DNA of 64,000 bases from an uncultured Spirochaetota bacterium (lineage in GTDB: Bacteria; Spirochaetota; Spirochaetia; SZUA-6; Fen-1364), in the NCBI GenBank assembly GCA_963734545.1, contig CAVTHO010000007.1:640001-704000 (forward strand), given 5' to 3'. The notes beneath the pieces are model-generated. The model was given only the letters and a program-made list of their open reading frames with translations. It was not told the DNA's origin and did no database searches. Numbering within the stretch: the stretch's first letter is position 1; every line of letters begins with the position of its first letter. The translations under genes and the position numbers were made by a program. Shown here one piece after another: positions 8,498-18,210 of this stretch.

Positions 8498-10525
8498 TCA
8501 GATTTCTCTCAGCCCGACGTCACCGCCCTTGCGGGGACGACCTCTTGCTGCCTTGGCCGGCCGGCCGCGGCGTCGCGGTGCCACATCGACGACTCCCTGT
8601 CCCGCCGCCTTGGACGACTTGGCGTCCGCTCCGGGAACGTTGAGCATGTCGAGGTATTCGGACTTCGTGGTCTGCGGGGCTGCGGTCTCATCCGGGGTTG
8701 CCGCGAACGACTGCGCGATGTCCGCGCGGACGGTCGAGCGGCGGCGCGAGAACGAGGCGAATGCCGCGTCCTGGAACCCTTTCGACACCCCGTAGAGGAA
8801 CTCATTGAGGACGTTCGCCATGCCGTCCAGCGTGGCTTTCTTCCTCTTGATGGAAGTGATATTCACGTCCAGCAGGAGGCCCGGCTGGATGTGGTACGGA
8901 TTGATCAGGTACTCGAAGGCGAGGAACTGCTTCTCGAGGAACGAAAGGCGCTCCTCCATGACGCGGCGCTGGATCGGGTAGCGGTAGCCGTAGAGCTTCT
9001 GCAGCTTGTCCCGCATCATGATGATCCGCCGCTTGATCTCGTCCTTCTCCGCGATATAGGTGCGGTTCATGCGCTCCACGTCCGTGTCGCCCGAGCGGAC
9101 AAACGTCACCTCGCTCCATGACTTCTCGATGTCCTCGTACAGCGGGTCCCCTGTCTTCGCCTTGATTCTCCGCTTGATCTTTCCCTTGAGTCTCTTGGCA
9201 AGGTCATTGAAATCGACCACGCCCTTCAGGAACTTCGAGTCTTCGTACACCATTTCCAGCACGTCCCAGAGGTGCTGGATCTCGATCTCGAAAGTCTTGG
9301 CCTGTACGTCGTAGGACTTGCGCTCCTCGAGGAGCTGCGCCTGATCGTAGTATTTCAGACGGATTGCATAGCGCTCGTCCGGCAGGTGGTCAAAGTCGGT
9401 GTCCTCGTACTCGCGCAGGACCAGCTCGCGGGCATTCTTGAGGTTCTCCACGTGCTGGTAGCCCATCTTGGAGGTATCCAGGATCGAGGTGATCGAGTTG
9501 ATTGCCGTGTTGAATCCGCGGTTCCTGATGTTCTCGATGTCGATGATTCTCTTCAGATTCTCGCGGATGTTCACCGGGTCGTACTCTTCAGGATCGATCT
9601 CTGCCCGGAGGCCTTCGACCTTGTCCATCAGGCTCTTTGCGAAGTAGGAATACCGCTGGGACTTCGGGTCATCCTTCTCGTCGGAAGTGAACTTCTCCAC
9701 CCTCTTCATCTTCTCGAAGAGGATTTCGCCGTCACTCAGCTCTTCCCTTCCCTCGTCGATGACCTGGTCCTTGAGCTTCTCGATCTCCTTGTCAATGAGG
9801 TCCGTGATGTTCTTGGAGATCATGTCCTTGATCAGGAACTCGACCGTAACCTGATAGTGGAAGATGGGGCTGATGAGCTCCGAGTCGAGGATATTGACGG
9901 AGAGCTTCACATCCGTGACCGTCTTGGGCTTGTTGGGGTTGTCCTTGAACGAGCACTTCACGATCGAATACGCGTTTTCTCCGCGAATGAACGCACCGAC
10001 GTCCGTCTTCTGCCGCAGCAGGGAGTTGGTGAGGTTCTCAAGGTCGTTCACGCCCCTCTGAATATGGCCCTGCAAGTGGCCGTACATGTTGACGATTGAT
10101 TTCTCGATTTCGCCCGTATTGAACTTGTCAATGCCGCCGACCTGGTCCAGAAGCGCCGCGATCTCCTTGGGAGTGTAGCGCGCGAGAGACTTCATCTCTT
10201 CCTTGTCTATGAAGTTCCTCACCTTCTTCACCATTTCGTCTTCCGACGTGACGATGAAGCGGTTCATCATGTTCTGGTAGTTCTGGTTGAAGTAGTTGTA
10301 TAGCTTCTCCTTGATGCCGCCCATGATGTCGAGTTTTTCAGCGACCTCCTTGGGCAACTTGGAGGTAATGTGATTCATCACTTTGTCTACTTCTTCGCTC
10401 ATCAGGAGGTCAACCTCGGCCTGCTGATCACGGAACTCCTGGGCTAGCGAGTTTCGCGACCCGACCGCGCTCGGCTTTTCCGGGTGGAACACATTCGGGC
10501 TTTTCGGAAGGTCAATGGCAGCCAT
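8498..10525 (-). CDS. cfpA: Cytoplasmic filament protein A
   Basis: N-terminus [29 protein letters not shown] matches treponemal CfpA as I recall it; 675 aa, coiled-coil rich; SD AAGGAG. Confidence 0.93.
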   Translation of the reverse strand: MAAIDLPKSPNVFHPEKPSAVGSRNSLAQEFRDQQAEVDLLMSEEVDKVMNHITSKLPKEVAEKLDIMGGIKEKLYNYFNQNYQNMMNRFIVTSEDEMVKKVRNFIDKEEMKSLARYTPKEIAALLDQVGGIDKFNTGEIEKSIVNMYGHLQGHIQRGVNDLENLTNSLLRQKTDVGAFIRGENAYSIVKCSFKDNPNKPKTVTDVKLSVNILDSELISPIFHYQVTVEFLIKDMISKNITDLIDKEIEKLKDQVIDEGREELSDGEILFEKMKRVEKFTSDEKDDPKSQRYSYFAKSLMDKVEGLRAEIDPEEYDPVNIRENLKRIIDIENIRNRGFNTAINSITSILDTSKMGYQHVENLKNARELVLREYEDTDFDHLPDERYAIRLKYYDQAQLLEERKSYDVQAKTFEIEIQHLWDVLEMVYEDSKFLKGVVDFNDLAKRLKGKIKRRIKAKTGDPLYEDIEKSWSEVTFVRSGDTDVERMNRTYIAEKDEIKRRIIMMRDKLQKLYGYRYPIQRRVMEERLSFLEKQFLAFEYLINPYHIQPGLLLDVNITSIKRKKATLDGMANVLNEFLYGVSKGFQDAAFASFSRRRSTVRADIAQSFAATPDETAAPQTTKSEYLDMLNVPGADAKSSKAAGQGVVDVAPRRRGRPAKAARGRPRKGGDVGLREI

Positions 10526-10608
10526 AGAAGTCTCCTTTTCTCAGTTTGTTCAAACCTAGTAAACCATAAAAGACTATCTCTGTAAAGCACATTTTTTTTC
10601 TCTCTTCC

Positions 10609-10637
10609 ATTTTACCCACATTTGGTGCATCCTACAA
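10609..10637 (-). promoter_or_regulatory. Sigma70-like promoter for cfpA in an AT-rich divergent intergenic region
   Basis: Minus strand TTGTAG, 17 nt, TAAAAT; a weaker TTTACA-17-TTTACT pair preceded by an A tract lies closer to the gene. Confidence 0.55.
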
Positions 10638-10663
10638 GTACTTTATTCCAAAAGGGGGGCCTT

Positions 10664-12061
10664 ATGGGAGCCTGGAAACGCTTTCTAGCCGCTCTTGCGC
10701 TGTGTGCCGTCCTGGCGTCGCCCGTTGTCGCGGACGTCAGGAAGGACAACATCGACGTGATCATCGCCCTGGACAAGTCCCTCTCCATGGAGAACAAGAT
10801 AGGCGGTGTCAGGGAGTGGGTCAACTCCTCGATAATCGATCAACTCCTGATCCCGGGGGATACTCTCGTCGTCGTGGCGTTCTACGGGAAAGCAGACGTC
10901 ATCATTTCCCATACAGTCAAGGATAATGCCGATAAGAAGGCCCTTCAAGCCATCATCTCGAAGATTAGAGGGAATGGACGTTTTACCGATATTGGCAATG
11001 CGCTCGATGTCGTGCGGGCACAAGTGACTGACCGACAGAGCGATGGGCGGGAGAAGTACATTCTTCTCCTCACGGATGGGATACAGGAAGCGCCTCCATC
11101 GAGCAAGTACTACACCAAGGACGGCAAGTTCAACCACGAGTTCCTCGCCAATACAAAGACGATCCAGGAGAAGGGCTGGAAGATCATGATCCTGGGAATC
11201 GGCACTGACACTGCGGCAAAGGACCTCGCCCACGAGTTGAAGGGCACGTACAACGAAGTCACCGAGAGCGCGACAGCAGGCTCACTGGCGGAGACAACCG
11301 GAGCCTTCTTCGGCACCATCACCGCGGAAGGCGGTGTGCGTGTCGGCGGCGTATCCGCCGACGGCTCGAGCAAGCTCGCCCTCACGCTCAAGGCGTCCGG
11401 GCTGACGAATGACGCGAGCATTACGCTGGACTCCGTCACGGCCCGGATCGGAAACCGCGAGATCCCCAATGTCCTTCCCGCCCCTTTCAAATTCGGCGTC
11501 AAAAAGGAGGGGCCCACGCATGTCAGCGTGCCATTGCGATTCCCCACGGATCTGCCGCAGGGCCCTGCCACCGGTGCGCTTACCTTCTCCTTCGGCTCGG
11601 GAGCCGCCTTCTCCCCTGCAGAGGCAAATGTCTCGTTCGTCGTGAACAACTGGCTGCAGAACAATCTCATTCTCCTCATCTGCGCGGCGGTCATCGTTCT
11701 TCTTCTCGTGGCGTTCCTGGTCATGGTGGTCTGGCGCCTGACGCGGGGAAAGCCTCTTCAGTTCGCTTTGACAATCGACGGGGAGACCGTGGGCGAAGAT
11801 CCCGTTTCCCTGTCTGCAGGCCATGAGATGTATCTCAACGAAAACGCCGGCGTGTTCTCCCTCGTCGCCCACAGAAACGCCAAGTCTCTGGCCCGGTTCA
11901 CCGTCAAGGACGCCAAGCTTCTTCTCGGTGTGCTCAAAGAGGATCGATTCCCCAAGCTGAAGGAGGTGCCGCCCGACGCGCGAGGACATACATTCGTCGT
12001 CCGCTCGGAGAAAGGCGGAAACCTGTCGTTGAAGGTCCAGTCGAAGGAAAGGACGAAGTAG
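10664..12061 (+). CDS. Exported, membrane-anchored von Willebrand factor A domain protein
   Basis: Signal peptide; MIDAS motif DKSLS; TDIGNAL; LLLTDG; internal TM helix LILLICAAVIVLLLVAFLVMVVW. Confidence 0.87.
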   Translation: MGAWKRFLAALALCAVLASPVVADVRKDNIDVIIALDKSLSMENKIGGVREWVNSSIIDQLLIPGDTLVVVAFYGKADVIISHTVKDNADKKALQAIISKIRGNGRFTDIGNALDVVRAQVTDRQSDGREKYILLLTDGIQEAPPSSKYYTKDGKFNHEFLANTKTIQEKGWKIMILGIGTDTAAKDLAHELKGTYNEVTESATAGSLAETTGAFFGTITAEGGVRVGGVSADGSSKLALTLKASGLTNDASITLDSVTARIGNREIPNVLPAPFKFGVKKEGPTHVSVPLRFPTDLPQGPATGALTFSFGSGAAFSPAEANVSFVVNNWLQNNLILLICAAVIVLLLVAFLVMVVWRLTRGKPLQFALTIDGETVGEDPVSLSAGHEMYLNENAGVFSLVAHRNAKSLARFTVKDAKLLLGVLKEDRFPKLKEVPPDARGHTFVVRSEKGGNLSLKVQSKERTK

Positions 12062-12062
12062 A

Positions 12063-13244
12063 CTGAGCGCGATCGCGGCCTTCCTCTTCGATATCGGGCC
12101 CGTCCAGAAGCTCCCGGGCTTTGGAGACGATTATCATTTCTCCCTCCTGCCCTTCTGGGGAAATCATTGCCTCGTTGATTTCATGCTCGCCAACTTCGGG
12201 CTTTCCCGGGATGTCGATGTGACGATCGTGCTGGACGAGTCAGCCCGCGCCACCTCTCTCGCACTCTCGACACGATGGAAGAAGCAGATGGCGAGGGTAC
12301 ACCTGCTCGAGGGCGGTCTCGAGGAGCTGGTCCGGCTCATGGATGCCAGCGGCGCGGAGCAGATCGTGCTTGCCTCTCTCTCTTCCGTGTGCATCCTCGA
12401 GCCGGCTGCGCTTCTCGCCACTGCTGCGGACGCCTCTGCACAACTGGTCAAGATCTCCATCAGGCGCACGCCGATCGAGATGTACTGCGGGGGACGCGCC
12501 CACCTTCGCAGGATTCTCCTCGAGGCCGCTGCGCGCGCGCCCGGAAAGAGAAAACTGCGGGAATGCCTTTTCGAACAGGCGCTGCACTCCCGCATCGACC
12601 TCATCGAGGATCTGCCGGGGGAGCTGCTTTTCCAGAACGACCTGATGGACTATTACACCAACAATCTCTGGGTCATCTCCCATTGCGGAGACGAGCGTTT
12701 CCAGGGCGTGCTCGCCCGGCTGCCCGCTCTCGCCGACAAGGGCGCCGAGTCCCATGTCACGGAGAAGGGCTCGATAAGAAACTCCTGGCTCGCTTCCGGT
12801 GTCGAGGTCGAAGGCTCCGTCGAAGATTCCTTCATCTTCCCCAATGTCGTGATCAAGAGGAACGCGCTCATCTCCCGTTCCGTCGTGCTGAACGGCAATA
12901 GAATCGGCGCCGGCGCGGAAATTCGCAACGCCTTGATTCTCCCCTTTACCGCCGATGTTCCGCGCTCCGCTTCCAACATCGGAGACAATTGTGCGATAGG
13001 CGCCAAGACCTCCACCATGAAGAACGGCGATTTCCCCGGGCAAATCAGGGACGGGATCAGCGTCATCGGCACGAATGTGGACCTTCCCAATGGCTTCCGG
13101 GCCGAAGCCGCGACCTATGTGGCCCCCGGCGTGCCCTCATCGGTCCTGCGCAGGGCGAAGATCCTTCGCAGGGGCAGCAGCGCTTTTGTTGACGACGCGG
13201 TCCCTGGTCCGCGACGCGTGGTGGAGGCAGGGAACGCGCGGTGA
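12063..13244 (+). CDS. GlgD/GlgC-like (ADP-glucose pyrophosphorylase family) protein, probably non-catalytic; probable CTG start
   Basis: LLPFWGNHCLVDFMLAN (GlgC/D N-terminal motif) lies upstream of ATG 12183; C-terminal left-handed beta-helix (SIRNSWLASGVEVEGSVEDSFIFPNVVI). Confidence 0.7.
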   Translation: MSAIAAFLFDIGPVQKLPGFGDDYHFSLLPFWGNHCLVDFMLANFGLSRDVDVTIVLDESARATSLALSTRWKKQMARVHLLEGGLEELVRLMDASGAEQIVLASLSSVCILEPAALLATAADASAQLVKISIRRTPIEMYCGGRAHLRRILLEAAARAPGKRKLRECLFEQALHSRIDLIEDLPGELLFQNDLMDYYTNNLWVISHCGDERFQGVLARLPALADKGAESHVTEKGSIRNSWLASGVEVEGSVEDSFIFPNVVIKRNALISRSVVLNGNRIGAGAEIRNALILPFTADVPRSASNIGDNCAIGAKTSTMKNGDFPGQIRDGISVIGTNVDLPNGFRAEAATYVAPGVPSSVLRRAKILRRGSSAFVDDAVPGPRRVVEAGNAR

Positions 13245-14221
13245 ACGCCTTTCAGGGTGCCATCGATTTTCTCACCCGCACACAGCGCTTCATCATCACC
13301 TCCCATGAGACGCCGGATGCGGATGCCATCGGCAGCGAGTGCGCCATAGTGAGGGCCCTGCGGGGCCTGGGCAAGAAGGCGATCATCCTGAACGCGGATC
13401 CGATTCCTCGCAAGCTCACCTTTCTTGATCCCGACAAGCTCATCCAGGTTCTCGAGCGTGAGGATCAGCTCCCGGCGGACCTGGGGGAGTTCTCTTTGCT
13501 TATGCTGGACACAAACGACGCGCAGAATATCGGGCAGATCGCCTCCCTGGTGCTTCCCCGGGTGCGGGAGCATTTCATCATCGACCACCACGAGCAGGAA
13601 GAGGATCTGCTGGCGGGCAACTTCATCCAGAAAAGCGCTTCTTCCACCGCTGAGATAATCTACCAGCTCCTGCGCGAGATGAACGTCACCATCGACCTGG
13701 CAATGGCGCAGGCCCTGTTCACGGGCATCGTCTATGATACCGGCTCGTTCATCTATCCCAAGACCACGGCGCTCACGTTTGAGATTGCGCGGGACCTTGT
13801 GGCCAAAGGGGTCCGTCCGAATGTCGTGTACTCGAAGCTCTACGAGAGCAACTCCATCTCGGCTCTCATTCTGCAGACGCGCGTGCTCGCCACGCTGGAG
13901 CTGTTTTTCTCCAATCACGTTTCCCTCTTGACAATGACGCGCGAGATGGTCGTAGATTCAGGAGCCAACTACGAAGAGGCCGACCAGCTCATCAACATTC
14001 CGCTGAGGAGTGAGGATATTCGGGTTTCGGTATTCTTCAAGCAGAACCCCGCGGGATTGCTTCGCTGCTCGCTCCGCTCCAAGGCGAACATCAACGTCGC
14101 GGAAATAGCCCAATCCTTCGGGGGAGGCGGCCATCGAACAGCAGCAGGATTCAAGTGCCATGAGAGCATGGAGAAGACGAGGCAGATCGTGCTCGAAAAA
14201 CTGAGTAAGCTTTTCCCATGA
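13241..14221 (+). CDS. nrnA: DHH/DHHA1 phosphoesterase (NrnA-like oligoribonuclease/pAp phosphatase)
   Basis: HETPDADAIGS, IIDHH, YDTGSF, SLRS, GGGGHRTAAG motifs. Confidence 0.9.
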   Translation: MNAFQGAIDFLTRTQRFIITSHETPDADAIGSECAIVRALRGLGKKAIILNADPIPRKLTFLDPDKLIQVLEREDQLPADLGEFSLLMLDTNDAQNIGQIASLVLPRVREHFIIDHHEQEEDLLAGNFIQKSASSTAEIIYQLLREMNVTIDLAMAQALFTGIVYDTGSFIYPKTTALTFEIARDLVAKGVRPNVVYSKLYESNSISALILQTRVLATLELFFSNHVSLLTMTREMVVDSGANYEEADQLINIPLRSEDIRVSVFFKQNPAGLLRCSLRSKANINVAEIAQSFGGGGHRTAAGFKCHESMEKTRQIVLEKLSKLFP

Positions 14222-15757
14222 CCGATTTCCCCCTGCCGTTCCGCGTCGCCGCGCTTGCGGCCGCGGCCCTTTTCATCCTCGGCTCCTGCCAGCGCGCCCC
14301 CGTCCCTCCCGGAGGGGTGCGCATCGTCCCCCAGCCGCCCGGCGCGTCCGCCGCCGCGGCCCCGGCTCCGGCCGCGGCGGACGCGCGATTTGACCCGAAT
14401 GCGCTGCGTCCCCGCATTGTCGTCGATCCAGGTGACTCGGTGCTGCAGGTCGTGAATGCGAATCTCGATCAGACTCCCTACGGAAAGCAGGTCATCGCGG
14501 TCAAGCGCACCGGCGAGGTGGACTCCCCGATCAGGATCATCGTGGCCGATGCCGATCCCGCGCGGGGTACCTACTATTACCAGAGCTGGGAGTCGCCGAC
14601 AAACGCCACCGACACCCGCTTCTTTTCCCTCTCCGTGAAGGACCTTATCGGGGACCACGTCATGGAGATCGTGGCCAGCGGCATGAACAGCGTGGGCAAG
14701 CTCACGATCGACGTTTTCCGGCCCGTCACCTCGGCGCCGGGCAAGGAGCTCACGTACAAGGCCATCTGCCAGCTCGTTGCGGATGAGATTTCCATCGAAG
14801 AGGCCGATCGGGCGGAGAGCTACTCGACCGACCCGAAGCCCGGGCCGAGCTTCCCGGTTGTGGCGTACCTGCGGGATCCGGACTCCCAGAACGCAAGGGA
14901 CCTCGTAAGGATCCGCTACACGTGGAACCCAGCCGAAGGACGCTACGTGCCCGGCTCTCCCGAGAAGATCCCCGGTGAGAAGGTCCAGCAGGCGCAGGTG
15001 GAGACTCTCTATAACAGCAGCGGTGAGGATGTCTTCGAGCAATTCATTGCCCGGGTCCTGGGTCCAGCTCCAGCCCGCAAAAAACGGGAAGGGTCCCGAT
15101 GCAATAGCTTCCATCATCAACTTCGATCCTCGCGGAAGAAAGATCGCCCTCTCGTCGGGAAACACGCAGGAGGTCTACCTGTGGCGGCAGTCCGTCCGCA
15201 CGATCTACAATTCTCTTCGCGCAATAGGCGAAAACGAGACAGTTCTCGATATCCATCTCGAGAGCCGATTCAATATCACCGTCGACTCGGTGAACAGCCT
15301 CATGGTCAGCATCAGCGGCAGAGATTCGGAAGAATCGCGGCCGGTGCGATACACCAAGGTGACCGAAGATATCCAGGCGAATCTGATCGGGCGCCCGGAT
15401 ACGCAGGTCGTGATTGCGCCGCTGACCCTGAGCGGATACTACGCGGGGGACGACGGTCTCGCCATGGATTTCGCCGGATCCGGGCTGACCTGGACCTCAA
15501 AGGGCCAGCGTCGGGCGGGAAGCTTCGTCCTCTTTTCTCTCGGACCGCGGACTATTCTCAGCACGAGAGTGATCGGTCCACGAGGCACCCCCGACCAGAT
15601 CTCATCATGGCTCGTGGATTTTCACGAGAGGAAAGACTCCCTGCACGTCGTGCGGACACTGGGCCTTTCTCCCGTGCTGCTGACGGTAAAAGGGTATGAA
15701 GAGGCAAAAGGGGATGCGCTCGTTCTCGAACAGATCCAGGAATTGAAGAAGAAATAG
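14218..15757 (+). CDS. Lipoprotein resembling the pallilysin (Tp0751)-related adhesin family; frameshift near 15051
   Basis: Lipobox LGSC; ORFs 14218-15699 and 14975-15757 join as ...VFEQFIA/GSWVQLQ... if one C of GCCCGGG is removed; beta-rich C-terminus. Family call is from memory. Confidence 0.6.
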
Positions 15758-15762
15758 CGGCG

Positions 15763-16818
15763 CTATTTTTCCGTCACCAGGATTCCGCTGAACCCCTCCT
15801 GGAGCAGCTTTGAAAGAAGCGCGCGGGCCTGAGCCGCGTCCAGCCCGACACCGACGAAGACCCGGTAGTGTTCCTTGCCCTGCAGCGTTTCCGTCCTCTG
15901 GATCGGGGAAAAACCACGCTTCGACAGCTCCGTGAACAGGTCGTCAGCGTTTTCCTTCACTTGAAACGAACCGGCCTGCACCGCTGCTTTGCCGGGCTCC
16001 GCCGTCTGGGGCACGGGTGAAGACCGGCCGGGCGCTTCCCCTGCCACAAAATCATCAGGGCTCGGCATGAGAACCACCGGCGCTCCCCCGGGGCGTGCGA
16101 CAAGAGCCGTCTCAGGGGCGCCGGGAAAGGCCGCCGAGAGACGGGCCCGCACGTCTGCCAGTCCCTTCTGATCCTCGGCGGCCCTCGCCCGCACGTACAT
16201 GACCCAGAGCGCCTTGAGTGCGATGTCGGGGTCCCCGGACGACCCGGCAAGATTCACGAGGGCGGATTCAGCGGAATCCGTGTTCCCTGCTTCGATCTCG
16301 GCGAGAACCTGCAGCAGGGTCTCTGCGGCCCCGGCCCGGCCCTTGAGCCCGGCGAGACACTTCGCCATGGCATCGGTTTCATGCATTTGAAGAGAAAGAA
16401 GAAACGCGGAAACCAGGGTCGTGTCGGCCGCTCCTTCGGCGTAGGCGCTGAGATAGGCGTCGCGCGCTTCCCCGGTCATTCCCCCGATTTCGAAAAGCCG
16501 GGCTATTGCGGTGAACTGGTCCGCTGCACCGGGCAGGCCGCGTCCGGTCTTGAGAAATCCGAGTGACGCGTCGCGCAATGCGACGTAGTCATTCTCGAGC
16601 CTGAAGTAGGAAGAAAAAACGCGCGCGGAACCAGGAGCCCCGGCGTTGGTCTGGAGCCAGGCCGCGTACAGCCGCGCGGCCCCCTCTGCGTCACCCGCCT
16701 TTTCGCGTTGCTGCGCGCGGGGAATCAGCGGGTCTGCTTCGAGCGCCGCCGAGACAAGAAGCAGAAATACAATGAGAAACGGCAACCCGCCAGGGCTTTT
16801 CATATGTCGCGGGATCAT
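15763..16818 (-). CDS. SPOR domain-containing exported protein with helical-repeat N-terminus
   Basis: C-terminal VQAGSFQVKENA...YRVFVG SPOR pattern; signal peptide. Confidence 0.82.
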   Translation of the reverse strand: MIPRHMKSPGGLPFLIVFLLLVSAALEADPLIPRAQQREKAGDAEGAARLYAAWLQTNAGAPGSARVFSSYFRLENDYVALRDASLGFLKTGRGLPGAADQFTAIARLFEIGGMTGEARDAYLSAYAEGAADTTLVSAFLLSLQMHETDAMAKCLAGLKGRAGAAETLLQVLAEIEAGNTDSAESALVNLAGSSGDPDIALKALWVMYVRARAAEDQKGLADVRARLSAAFPGAPETALVARPGGAPVVLMPSPDDFVAGEAPGRSSPVPQTAEPGKAAVQAGSFQVKENADDLFTELSKRGFSPIQRTETLQGKEHYRVFVGVGLDAAQARALLSKLLQEGFSGILVTEK

Positions 16819-16828
16819 GCGCGCTTCC

Positions 16829-17177
16829 TCAGGACCTTGATCGCAGCCCTCGAAAGAATTTGACAAGCGAGTATATTCCGCCACCAAGAAAGACAAGACC
16901 GGCTGCCCCAATTAGCCATGGAAGTGGGCCGCCAAAAATGCCAGTAAGCAGTATTGCGCCGCCTGACAACAGCAGTGACGATTCCCGCCGTCCTGTCAGA
17001 CCGGGATCGGCTGAGGGCAAGGCCGCCGATCGCAAGAACCGCGCCGACTGCTATGCCGAACCAGCCCCAATGGGCAAGGAGGCTCGCAAGCACGAGAAGC
17101 GTTCCCCCTCCGGCGACAGCTCCGACACCTTTCACGCCCTGCTTCGTGAGTTCGCTCCTGGGCACTATGTCACTCAT
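16829..17177 (-). CDS. Small Gly-rich membrane protein (frameshift near 16965)
   Basis: SD GGAGG then MSDIVPRSELTKQGVKG...; the hydrophobic sequence continues in the 16829-17035 frame (GGAILLTGIFGG...). Confidence 0.6.
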
Positions 17178-17250
17178 ATACATCCTCCATCTGGTACACA
17201 ATGTACTGGGCGGCGCGTAAAAGTGTCCAGAGATCCAGTTCCGCCTCGAG

Positions 17251-17280
17251 TTGACATTGGCAGCATAAACCCTCTAGAGT
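17251..17280 (+). promoter_or_regulatory. Sigma70-like promoter, probably leaderless
   Basis: TTGACA, 18 nt, TAGAGT, 6 nt, ATG 17287; no SD. Confidence 0.7.
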
Positions 17281-17286
17281 ATCGGC

Positions 17287-18162
17287 ATGCGTCCCCTGAC
17301 GAAGCGGATCGCGCTCCTCGTCTCGTTGTTCTCGCTCGTCATTGGTTTGTTTCTGCTGGGGTATAATCTCCATTTCATCTCCGAGGAAGCGCGCTCCACT
17401 GCGCTCAATCTCTGGCCCATCCTCCTGGTGATTGCCGGCATCATGCTCGTGTTCGACTCGACCAAGAAACGCGTTTCCGCTCACGCTTCGGACGTGAGGA
17501 TCATGCAGTTTCCGATCCCGATGCCCCCCGGAGCCACGGAGCTTGCCTTCCGCGTGCATTTCTCCTATGGCAGACTCGTCGTCGGGCGCTCGTCCGGAGC
17601 CCCCTGCCTGGTCACGGAGCAGGTGGGATCGGGCGCTTCACCTGCAATCACCCAGGCGATGATGGGTGACAGACCTGAAATCTCGATCGCGATCAGCCAG
17701 CCCATCTTCCCCTCGCATTTTCAGCTCAGGAACACATGGCGCCTGAACCTGCCGCACGGAATGACTCTGCGGCTGGCGCTGCAGCTGCATGAGGCTGATC
17801 TCCGCATGGACCTGCGCGGGCTGGAGGTGGAGTCTCTGGATCTGCGCACGGACTCCGGCGCACAGGAAGTCCTTCTGGGCCGGCCGCGGAAAAAGCTCTC
17901 GGGACAGATCTATTCATCGGGAAGCGATCTCTCTCTCGTGCTCCCCTCTCACGTGTTCGCATGGGTGCGTCTCCTGAACCCTTTCTGCAGGGTCGACTAC
18001 CCCCAGGGGGACCTGGAAAAGAGGGAGGATGGCTCGCTCGTCACTCCCACTGCCGGTGATGCCCAGGGAACCGTGGAAATTGCGGTGGACGGTCCCATCC
18101 ATAATCTCGTGCTCGACGTCGAAGACGCCGTCATCGACGGCGGAGCCGGCGCGGCAACTTGA
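17287..18162 (+). CDS. Membrane protein with LiaF/LiaI-like N-terminal TM hairpin and beta-solenoid-like C-terminus
   Basis: LWPILLVIAGIMLVF motif; repeated beta-strand pattern (LRMDLRGLEVESLDLRTDSG). Confidence 0.6.
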   Translation: MRPLTKRIALLVSLFSLVIGLFLLGYNLHFISEEARSTALNLWPILLVIAGIMLVFDSTKKRVSAHASDVRIMQFPIPMPPGATELAFRVHFSYGRLVVGRSSGAPCLVTEQVGSGASPAITQAMMGDRPEISIAISQPIFPSHFQLRNTWRLNLPHGMTLRLALQLHEADLRMDLRGLEVESLDLRTDSGAQEVLLGRPRKKLSGQIYSSGSDLSLVLPSHVFAWVRLLNPFCRVDYPQGDLEKREDGSLVTPTAGDAQGTVEIAVDGPIHNLVLDVEDAVIDGGAGAAT

Positions 18163-18187
18163 TGAAGTGATCACGGCGTGCTACGAT
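18159..18187 (+). promoter_or_regulatory. Sigma70-like promoter for the outer-membrane protein gene
   Basis: TTGATG, 17 nt, TGcTACGAT; SD GGGAG before GTG 18211. Confidence 0.55.
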
Positions 18188-18210
18188 TCCCATACACCGG
18201 GAGAAGAATA

